Shown here: one piece after another, positions 48,875 through 59,706 of the stretch
Layout of the letters: each line of letters begins with the position of its first letter
Position numbering within the stretch: the first letter of the stretch is position 1
DNA from: Macrostomum lignano
Taxonomy: Eukaryota
Assembly (NCBI GenBank): GCA_002269645.1
Contig: NIVC01000158.1
Span: 1-64,000 of the forward strand
DNA length: 64,000 bases
Direction: 5' to 3'
Made by a program: the position numbers and the translations under genes
Notes under the pieces: generated by a model
What the model saw: the letters and a program-made list of their open reading frames with translations, nothing else
Told to the model about the DNA's origin: nothing
The model's database searches: none

Positions 48875-49410
48875 AAGATATGGGGCAATCCAATTTCTCA
48901 TAAATGACCTTGAGATATGGGGCAATCCAATTTCTCATAAATGACCTTGAGATATGGGGCAATCCAATTTCACAAGAATGACCTTGAGATATGGGGCAAT
49001 CCAATTTCTCATAAATGAACTTGAGATATGGGGCAATCCAATTTCTCATAAATGACCTTGAAATATGGGGCAATCCAATTTCTCATAAATGACCTTGAGA
49101 TATGGGGCAATCCAATTTCTCATAAATGAACTTGAGATATGGGGCAATCCAATTTCTCATAAATGACCTTGAGATATGGGGAAATCCAATTTCTCATAAA
49201 TGACCTTGAGATATGGGGCAATCCAATTTCTCATAAATGACCTTGAGATATGGGGCAATCCAATTTCTCATAAATGACCTTGAGATATGGGGCAATCCAA
49301 TTTCTCATAAATGACCTTGAGATATGGGGCAATCCAATTTCTCATAAATGACCTTGAGATATGGGGCAATCCAATTTCTCATAAATGACCTTGAGATATG
49401 GGGCTATCCA
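48875..49410. repeat. 37-bp minisatellite (GAGATATGGGGCAATCCAATTTCTCATAAATGACCTT)
   Basis: Directly visible, ~14 units. Confidence 0.96.
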
Positions 49411-50004
49411 ATTTCGCAAGAATAACCTTCTACAGAATTCTTGCACTCAGCCCACTTTGATGCATAGCCAGGATAAACGCATTGATTTTGTTGTCCAAAT
49501 GTTTCAGTGATTCCAGCTGTATTTGATTCAAAATCAACACCATTCTCAGCCCTACGCTGTGTTATTTTGCTGCTCACTTTGGCCTCGAAATTCTTGATTG
49601 CTAATTTTCCGCGGAAAGAATGTCGTGTTTTGTTGTTTTGCTCGCCTTTTTGATATTCAGTGTTTTTGCTGCAAAACAAATTGTTCAATTCGTACTGTCA
49701 AGTTAATATATTAATTTTTATCTATATATAATATATAGCCTTCATAAATGTTTCATATTGCAAGGGTACTTGAATATTAAAGTAATGTCATACAACGAAT
49801 CTTTTTTCGACTTTGTAGTACTGACAGTAGTTAAGAAAATGCTAATCGTGTGAAATTAGGTCTGAAAATTAACAACTCGCGAGGTGAGATTAGAGGTGAT
49901 TAGTGCTGTTTAGAATCGCATTAAATTAAAAAAAATGCATTTATATAATGCAGCAATTGCAATAAGGCACTCATTCCAAAATTATGTTTCTAGTACGTGC
50001 GATC

Positions 50005-51105
50005 CTAATCTCACTTCTGAGACTGATCATCTTGCAATCTGATCTCACCTCTGAGACTGATCAACTTGCAATCTGATCTCACCTCTGAGACTGACCAACT
50101 TGAAATCTGATCTCACCTCTGAGACTGATCATCTTGCAATCTGATCTCACCTCTGAGACTGACCATCTTGCAATCTGATCTCACCTCTGAGACTGATCAT
50201 CTTGCAATCTGATCTCACCTCTGAGACTGATCATCTTGCAATCTGATCTCACCTCTGAGACTGACCATCTTGCAATCTGATCTCACCTCTGAGACTGATC
50301 ATCTTGCAATCTGATCTCACCTCTGAGACTGACCAACTTGAAATCTGATCTCACCTCTGAGACTGATTATCTTGCAATCTGATCTCACCTCTGAGACTGA
50401 TCATCTTGCAATCTGATCTCACCTCTGAGACTGACCAACTTGAAATCTGATCTCACCTCTGAGACTGATCATCTTGCAATCTGATCTCACCTCTGAGACT
50501 GACCAACTTGAAATCTGATCTCACCTCTGAGACTGACCATCTTGCAATCTGATCTCACCTCTGAGACTGATCATCTTGCAATCTGATCTCACCTCTGAGA
50601 CTGATCATCTTGCAATCTGATCTCACCTCTGAGACTGATCATCTTGCAATCTGATCTCACACCTCTGAGACTGATTATCTTGCAATCTGATCTCACTTCT
50701 GAGACTGATCATCTTGCAATCTGATCTCACCTCTGAGACTGATCATCTTGCAATCTGATCTCACCTCTGAGACTGACCATCTTGCAATCTGATCTCACCT
50801 CTGAGACTGATTATCTTGCAATCTGATCTCACCTCTGAGACTGACCAACTTGAAATCTGATCTCACCTCTGAGACTGATTATCTTGCAATCTGATCTCAC
50901 CTCTGAGACTGATCATCTTGAAATCTGATCTCACCTCTGAGACTGATCATCTTGCAATCTGATCTCACCTCTGAGACTGATCATCTTGCAATCTGATCTC
51001 ACCTCTGAGACTGACCAACTTGAAATCTGATCTCACCTCTGAGACTGATCATCTTGCAATTTGATCTCACCTCTGAGACTGATTATCTTGCAATTTGATC
51101 TGATG
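50005..51105. repeat. 34-bp minisatellite (TCTCACCTCTGAGACTGATCATCTTGCAATCTGA), ~32 units
   Basis: Directly visible. Confidence 0.97.
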
Positions 51106-52569
51106 CAATACAAGGGCGCCAATAGTCTACGCAGTCACGCACTCACACACGCTCACACAGGGTGCACAGTGGCCCTGACTGTCTAATCGTCAGGCATGTA
51201 CACTGTCTGTGCCTTGGGGTCTGGCTCTCATGTGGCTGTGAATGGCACGACAACCCACTGCGTGCCCACAAGCCCCAAATGAATGCGGCAACGCACGGAA
51301 TCGAATTCCTATCTAGTCCTAGATAAATGCTTCTTACATGCTGCGAGAATACCAGCAAGGCTACTCCGAGTAGGCGGTAGAAGAGTCTAATCCCCGTTTA
51401 TTGTTTACTTTTTAGTACAATAAAATATTTCCATTGTTCACGTAATTTGAAGACGATTTTTATGCAGTAATCAATGCATGAAATATTGCTTGGACTCCTC
51501 TTTCCGGGTAGCGATGAAATTTGAATTTAGGGATAAAGCCTTGATGTTAATTTACTTACAGTAGGGCAAACCGATACGCTTGTGTCAGTGCTACAGGGCT
51601 TGCAATTTTTATGTCAAGCCTGGCAGGAAACACGCTTCTGCATGTTTGCAATGCAAAGAGAAACAGAGTCAATTTTCAGTGTGTGCACCACAGCTCGATT
51701 TCATTTCCCAAAAGGCACAATGCTTTCATAAGGCAAATCAATTGACGTAAAGGCTGCGGAAGCAAACAACCGCTATGCGATGCCTGTCTGCAACATGGAG
51801 CTGGTCACACATTCTGTAAGCAGGCACACGCTCACACGGGATGTACAGCAGCGTTTGAATCTTGCGCTAGTTTGAGATTTTACGACATGTCGAAAACGGG
51901 AAAAATTGGAAAACTGAAACAAAACTTTCGGCCCTACAGGCTGGGTTTTTATTCTATTAATTTTAAAACAAAAACTTTACGCCTCTTTCTTAGAAAGGTT
52001 GGAAGGTTCAGCAAGTCTTTCGAGTTTGAATCGAGGACTAAAAGTGTGGAAATGCAGTGTTTTATCGGAAGATTACTCGCACAAAAGTGCACAGGTAATT
52101 CGTCGCATGTTCCATTGAATGACTAAGGCGACTACCGTCAACATTCAAGTCCCCTTTATCCGGCCTGTCTAATGTTTCAGAGCTGTCTACCGATCGATAT
52201 TCTTCCAGCTGCTTCATCAGAATCCTCTCTCTTGGTAAATTGCTCAACCAGACGACTAATGCAGGAATAGGCTTGATATTAGCACGACTTTGATGCCAGA
52301 CAAAAAGAGAATTTTTCCTCCTACTGTTTCCCAAGCAAAGCTTTGCTAAAAATAGAAACGATACTCGTATTGAGACAGACAGACATTAAACAGGAAAAGA
52401 TACTCTAGCTTGAAGATGCCCTTTCTAATGGGCCGGATTAACAATGGCGTTTAAATTATGAATTCCCTCCATTAATTAACCTCACTAATTTCCCACTTAT
52501 TAATTTCCCTTTCCGATTTTTCCATTCTCCCTGCATAAATTCCTACCCTTCCCAGAAGGTCGCCCAAAT

Positions 52570-53548
52570 TCTTCCCAGAGAGTCACTCCCAATCATTCTC
52601 AGAGAGTCACTCCCAATCATTCTCAGAGAGTCACTCCCAATCCTTCCCAGAGAGTCACTCCCAATCCTTCCCAGAAAGTCACTCCCAATCCTTCCTAGAG
52701 AGTCACTACCAATCCTTCCCAGAGAGTCACTCCCAATCATTCCCAGAGAGTCACTCCCAATCCTTCCCCAGAGTCACTCCCAATCCTTCCCCAGAGTCAC
52801 TCCCAATCCTTCCTAGAGAGTCACTCCCAATCCTTCCTAGAGAGTCACTCCCAATCCTTCCTAGAGAGTCACTCCCAATCCTTCCCCAGAGTCACTCCCA
52901 ATCCTTCCCAGAGAGTCACTCCCAATCCTTCCCCAGAGTCACTCCCAATCCTTCCCAGAGAGTCACTCCCAATCCTTCCCAGAGAGTCACTCCCAATCCT
53001 TCCCAGAGAGTCGCTCCCAATCATTCTCAGAGACTCACTCCCAATCCTTCCCCAGAGAGTCACTCCCAATCATTCCCAGAGAGTCACTCCCAATCCTTCC
53101 CAGAGAGTCACTCCCAATCATTCTCAGAGAGTCACTCTTAATCCTTCCCAGAGAGTCACTCCCAATCATTCTCAGAGAGTCACCCCCAATTCCTTCTAGA
53201 GAGTCACTCCCAATCCTTCCCAGAGAGTCACTCCCGATACTTCCCAGAGAGTCACTCCCAATCATTCTCAGAGAGTCACTCTTAATCCTTCCCAGAGAGT
53301 CACTCCCAATCATTCTCAGAGAGTCACTCCCAATTCCTTCTAGAGAGTCACTCCCAATCCCTCCCAGAGAGTCACTCCCGATACTTCCCAGAGAGTCACT
53401 CCCAATCCTTCCCAGAGAGTCACTCCCAATCCCTCCAGAGAGTCACTCCCAATCCCTCCAGAGAGTCACTCCCAATCCCTCCAGATAGTCACTCCCAATC
53501 CCTCCCAGAGAGTCACTCCCGATCCTTCCCAGAGAGTCACTCCCAATG
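52570..53548. repeat. ~24-bp minisatellite (CAGAGAGTCACTCCCAATCCTTCC)
   Basis: Directly visible; 8-aa period RIGSDSLG in the spurious ORFs. Confidence 0.96.
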
Positions 53549-53584
53549 AGCTCAGGGCTGCAACCTAGATGAAGAACAGCCCAG

Positions 53585-53649
53585 CCAATACGCCAATGAC
53601 ACGAGAGCTGGGCATGAGCAGGGTAGGGGACTCAAAGGCACTATTTAAA
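53585..53649 (+). promoter_or_regulatory. Candidate core promoter of the 7TM gene (two CCAAT boxes and TATTTAAA)
   Basis: CCAAT at 53585 and 53593; TATTTAAA at 53642, about 70 nt upstream of the ATG. Motif presence only. Confidence 0.3.
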
Positions 53650-53717
53650 TGATGAAATCACCTCTAAGTCTAAAGTAGAAGTTTCCCAATCAATCAATCA
53701 ATCAATGGGAGCTAAAA

Positions 53718-54710
53718 ATGTCCAACAAAACCAACGCCACCGCAGAGTCGGACGAGTGTCCGGAACTTTCAGACAGAAGATACGAGAGCAGCTTGTGCTT
53801 CTTCATAGCCTACCCGATTGTGGTTTGCCTGGCCCTGCTGGGCAACTGCGCCGTGGTGGCCCTGGTTGCCGGCAGGAACGGCGCCATCCGGCGGGCCACC
53901 TACCGCAGTCTCACTCTGCTGCTGTGCGGCTGCGAGCTGCTCGCGGCTCTGCTGCTCCTCCTGCTGCTGTTCCGCCTTGGCGTCGGCCGGCACAACCGGC
54001 TGCAGCAGGGCTCGGCCGCGGTGGACGCCGGATGGACCAGCGAGCTGGAGAACCCGCTGGCGACTCGGCGGCCGACCTTCCTCAGCGTGCTCATCAGCCT
54101 GCGCGACGTCACCATCGGGGCGGAGGTGTTCGCCTACTGCCTCCTGGCCGTCGACCGCCTGCTGGCCGTGGCGGCGCCCACCAGCCGCGTCTGGAGCAGG
54201 AAGGTCGCCCTCTGTCTGGCCTGCAGCGTCCTGGTAGCCATGGCAACAGCCGAACTCGGCTTGCAGACCTGGCGATGGCTGGGCTTGGCTTGGGCCGACA
54301 CGACTCAAGCTGCCTGCGAGCACATCGGCAACCATTCGAGCGCGAACGCCCTCACGAAGGCTGGCATCGCCATCACGCTGTACTCGATCTCCGCCGTCGC
54401 CTACGTCGCCACCGGCGTCATCCTGGCTGCTCGCCGCGCCGACAAGCCCGACGGTGTCGGTGGCGGAGACCGGCGAGCCCTGCGCCTGTCCTTGGCCGGC
54501 CTGGCCATCGGCAACCTCATCCAGCTGCTCAGCCTGGTGCCAATGACGCTGAAGAACGTCGCGAACCTGCATCAGGAGCACTGCCTGTACGACCTGTTCT
54601 ACATCAACTCTGCCGCGGTGCCCTGCCTCACCGTGGCCTTCAACGCATCAGTCCGAGACCGTCTGGCTGCGAAGCTCTGCCGTCAGTCTCGACGAGTCGC
54701 CCCGGGCTGA
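53718..54710 (+). CDS. Intronless divergent class-A (rhodopsin-like) 7TM receptor, 330 aa
   Basis: The N-terminus has an N-glycosylation sequon (NKT). TM1 contains LLGN, the end of TM3 is DRLLAV (a DRY variant), and TM7/helix 8 read NSAAVPCLTVAFNASVRDRL. About 7 hydrophobic segments and strongly GC3-biased codons like the other genes. Confidence 0.8.
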   Translation: MSNKTNATAESDECPELSDRRYESSLCFFIAYPIVVCLALLGNCAVVALVAGRNGAIRRATYRSLTLLLCGCELLAALLLLLLLFRLGVGRHNRLQQGSAAVDAGWTSELENPLATRRPTFLSVLISLRDVTIGAEVFAYCLLAVDRLLAVAAPTSRVWSRKVALCLACSVLVAMATAELGLQTWRWLGLAWADTTQAACEHIGNHSSANALTKAGIAITLYSISAVAYVATGVILAARRADKPDGVGGGDRRALRLSLAGLAIGNLIQLLSLVPMTLKNVANLHQEHCLYDLFYINSAAVPCLTVAFNASVRDRLAAKLCRQSRRVAPG

Positions 54711-55756
54711 GGCAATCGTGCGAATCTCACTGGAGACCATGTAGTTTCGGAACAAAAATTGACAATAAATCTCCCCTTTTAAACTAATGCAATGCAATCA
54801 AAGCAATTGTGTAATACAAGAGGGGTCAGAGTCCCCGTACATGATAGCCATCCAAGGGGAGGTCAGAACGCCTTGGCGAAATATGGGGATGATCATGCTC
54901 CCTGGCAAAAAAACGGATTTCGAGAAGGATCGCTTTTTTTGCGAAGCGAAACGAAGTTTTACCATAGACAAACTCCACTTAGAAAGATCTGTCTATCCTA
55001 CATGTAAATTTTAGCTGTCGTGCATGACATGACATGAAGTCTATGGCCAAGACTTCCTAAAAATTGGGATATTCCCCCCCCCCCATGAATTTCATTGGCT
55101 AATGGAATTTAATAATAGTCACCACCCCTAAGTTCTTAATGGCTGAAGCTTGTACGCGGGGGAATGCTAATTTCTTTCCCTTAAGCCGTCGTGGCCCAGA
55201 GGAAGAAAGCAGTTAAAGATGTCTAACGTTAATCGTGACTTTGGAATTTCCCTTGCGTACAACTGCACTCGTGCCATAGACGTTAACAGCACTCAAAAGT
55301 TTGATCCAACATTGGAAAGTGTGAATCCAACATTGAATAAGTACGTAGTAACTTGGTCTATAATGACGACTTCTACAAGGATGTCCCTGCTTCTAAGACT
55401 ATAGACATACGAGCGTATTTATCCATTTTTATTTAATGCTAGCTACTGTTAGTAGGCAAGTTACCAATATTACCAGCGAAAAATCCTTGTGTAATTATTG
55501 AAATAAATTTAATAAATAGCAATCATAGAGGCAGGAGAATCCCGTCCGTTAATAATAATATTAATTACAAAAATAACTACTGTGAGCACCCTGGCGCAAA
55601 GCCTTCGGCGACATGGTCCCACAGCCAGTGCTGAGGCGATTCTGCCCATTCCGCTGACCCCTGAGCACATACATTCAAGCGCGCCAATACTGTACGCAGG
55701 CGCGCACTCACACACGCTCACACAGGGTGTACAGCGGCCTGACATTCTAATCATTC

Positions 55757-57585
55757 AATCTATCCATATCTTATATCCATATCTATCCATGTATCCATAT
55801 CCATCCATATATCCATATCTATCCATATATCCATATCTATCCATATATCCATATCCATCCATATATCCATATCCATCCATATATCCATATCTATCCATAA
55901 ATCCATATCTATCCATATATCCATATCTATCCATATATCCATATCCATCCATATATCCATATCCATCCATATATCCATATCTATCCATAAATCCATATCT
56001 ATCCATATATCCATATCTATCCATATATCCATATCCATCCATATATCCATATCCATCCATATATCCATATCTATCCATAAATCCATATCTATCCATATAT
56101 CCATATCTATCCATAAATCCATATCCATCCATATATCCATATCCATCCATATATCCATATCCATCCATGTATCCATATCTATCCATATATCCATATCCAT
56201 CCATATATCCATATCCATCCATGTATCCATATCTATCCATATATCCATATCCATCCATATATCCATATTCATCCATATATCCATATCCATCCATATATCC
56301 ATATCCATCCATATATCCATATCTATCCATATATCCATATCTATCCATATATCCATATCTATCCATATATCCATATCTATCCATATATCCATATCTATCC
56401 ATATATCCATATCTATCCATATATCCATATCTATCCATATATCCATATCTATCCATATATCCATATCTATCCATATATCCATATCTATCCATATATCCAT
56501 ATCTATCCGTATATCCATATCTATCCATGTATCCATATCCATCCATATATCCATATCCATCCATATATCCATATCCATCCATATATCCATATCCATCCAT
56601 ATATCCATATCCATCCATATATCCATATCCATCCATATATCCATATCTATCCATATATCCATATCTATCCATATATCCATATCTATCCATATATCCATAT
56701 CTATCCATATATCCATATCTATCCATGTATCCATATCCATCCATATATCCATATCCATCCATATATCCATATCCATCCATATATCCATATCCATCCATAT
56801 ATCCATATCCATCCATATATCCATATCCATCCATATATCCATATCTATCCATATATCCATATCTATCCATATATCCATATCTATCCATATATCCATATCC
56901 ATCCATATATCTATATCCATCCATATATCCATATCCATCCATATATCCATATCTATCCATATATCCATATCTATCCATATATCCATATCTATCCATATAT
57001 CCATATCTATCCATTTATCCATATCTATCCATGTATCCATATCCATCCATGTATCCATATCTATCCATATATCCATATCCATCCATATATCCATATTCAT
57101 CCATATATCCATATCCATCCATATATCCATATCCATCCATATATCCATATCTATCCATATATCCATATCTATCCATATATCCATATCCATCCATATATCC
57201 ATATCCATCCATATATCCATATCCATCCATATATCCATATCCATCCATATATCCATATCTATCCATATATCCATATCTATCCATATATCCATATCTATCC
57301 ATATATCCATATCTATCCATATATCCATATCTATCCATGTATCCATATCCATCCATATATCCATATCCATCCATATATCCATATCCATCCATATATCCAT
57401 ATCCATCCATATATCCATATCCATCCATATATCCATATCCATCCATATATCCATATCTATCCATATATCCATATCTATCCATATATCCATATCTATCCAT
57501 ATATCCATATCCATCCATATATCCATATCCATCCATATATCCATATCTATCCATGTATCCATATCTATCCATAAATCCATCTATC
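55757..57585. repeat. 18-bp minisatellite built on ATCCAT hexamers (ATCCATATCTATCCATAT / ATCCATATCCATCCATAT), ~100 units
   Basis: Directly visible. Confidence 0.97.
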
Positions 57586-58284
57586 GATATGACAAATCTG
57601 CGCGTATCGTTATCGGCCTCTGCAGCAGATTTCTAAGCAAATCGAGTCCGGCGTTCGTCTGCTCAGCTGATTGTGTCTCGACCAGTGGAATGAATTTTCC
57701 ACTAGCTACAGCAATGAATTTTTATTTGAAATCAACACACATTAGGCAAACTGTTTCGACAGTAAAGACACACAATAAATAAAAAAGTTAATTAAAATTG
57801 TAATTAATAGGTGTGGCATTGACACAGCAATTTTTTGGTTTGCGAGTAATAAATATTCAGTATAGTGGAGTTATTATTTTATGGAGATGTTTTTACCACT
57901 GACATCAGTCCTGAGGCTGTACTCAAGTTGAGAAAATGACTCCGTTGAAAATTTTTAGACTTTTTAGCACTTCATTTGCCAACCCTCCTTAACACTGCTG
58001 AATTGCCTAATTAAATATCACTAGATTAAGAATCGTGTACATTTTATGGATACAGTGAAGAAAGTTGATACATCTGAAGTGCTTACTGTAATTTTGCTTG
58101 TACCATCAGAAGATTAGATAATTGAAAATTTATAACAGAAAAATCGACTCCTCGAACGCATATAATTGATCTCACATCAACTTTAAAGTCTATAAGATAG
58201 GAGCAAGCACTCACAAGTGACATAAGATTTGGGTTTTTTCATTTGGCTGCCAGCTGGGATCCAGGATACTACGAGCGTAGTTCT

Positions 58285-59590
58285 GGCATTGGGATCTGTG
58301 AGCTGGGATTTAGGATGTTATAGTTCTGGGATTAGGATCTGTGAGCTGGGATTTAGGATGTTATAGTTCTGGGATTAGGATCTGTGAGCTGGGATTTAGG
58401 ATGTTATAGTTCTGGGATTAGGATCTGTGAGCTGGGATTTAGGATGTTATAGTTCTGGGATTAGGATCTGTGAGCTGGGATTTAGGATGTTATAGTTCTG
58501 GGATTAGGATCTGGGATCTGGGATTTAGGATGTTATAGTTCTGGGATCTGGGATCTGGGATTTAGGATGCTATAGTTCTGGGATCCGGGATCTGGGATTT
58601 AGGATGTTAGTTCTGGGATCCGGGATCTGGGATTTAGTATGTTATAGTTCTGGGATCTGGGATCTGGGATTTAGGATGTTATAGTTCTGGGATCTGGGAT
58701 CTGGGATTTAGGATGTTATAGTTCTGGGATCTGGGATCTGGGATTTAGGATGTTATAGTTCTGGGATCTGGGATCTGGGATTTTGGATGTTATAGTTCTG
58801 GGATCTGGAATCTGGGATTTAGGATGTTATAGTTCTGGGATCTGGGATCTGGGATTTAGGATGTTATAGTTCTGGGATCTGGGATCTGGGATTTAGGATG
58901 TTAGTTCTTGGATCCGGGATCTGGGATTTAAGATGTTAGTTCTTGGATCGGGGATCTGGGATTTAGGATGTTGGTTCTAGGATCCGGGATCTGGGATTTA
59001 GGATGTTAGTTCTAGGATCCGGGATCTGAGATTTAGGATGTTAGTTCTAGGATCCGGGATCTGGGATTTAGGATGTTAGTTCTTGGATTCGGGATCTGAG
59101 ATTTAGGATGTTAGTTCTGGGATCGGGGATGTGGGATTTAGGATGTTAGTTCTGGGATCGGGGATCTGGGATTTAGGATGTTAGTTCTAGGATTCGGGAT
59201 CTGGGATTTAGGATGTTAGTTCTAGGATCCGGGATCTGGGATTTAGGATGTTAGTTCTTGGATTCGGGATCTGGGATTTAGGATGTTAGTTCTGGGATCG
59301 GGGATGTGGGATTTAGGATGTTAGTTCTAGGATCCGGGATCTGGGATTTAGGATGTTAGTTCTTGGATTCGGGATCTGGGATTTAGGATGTTAGTTCTAG
59401 GATCGGGGATGTGGGATTTAGGATGTTAGTTCTGGGATCGGGGATCTGGGATTTAGGATGTTAGTTCTAGGATTCGGGATCTGGGATTTAGGATGTTAGT
59501 TCTAGGATCCGGGATCTGGGATTTAGGATCTGGGAGTGTTCTGGGATCTTAGATCTGAGATTTAGGATCTGGGATCTAGGATCTAAGAAT
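58285..59590. repeat. GGGAT-rich minisatellite whose unit shrinks 43 to 37 to 35 bp along the array
   Basis: Periods measured at ~58321 (43 bp), ~58681 (37 bp) and beyond ~58900 (35 bp). Confidence 0.93.
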
Positions 59591-59706
59591 ATGGTATTGA
59601 GGATTTAGAATACGGGATCGGGTATCTAAAATTTTGAATCTAAGATTCTGAAATCTGGTATATGGGATCTCTCATTGGACTAATGCCTGTCACACGCGCG
59701 TGCCTG

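Noticed and set aside
48875-51105. CRISPR-like regular repeats of 34-37 bp
   Set aside because: Head-to-tail tandem units with no unique spacers, no cas genes, and a eukaryotic context.
52062-52334. Transposase fragment (NVDG motif)
   Set aside because: The motif is too short and there are no flanking TIRs; retained only as a weak orphan-exon candidate.
53705-54787. Alternative-frame and antisense ORFs over the 7TM gene
   Set aside because: Consequence of high GC3; only the 53718-54710 frame has receptor features.
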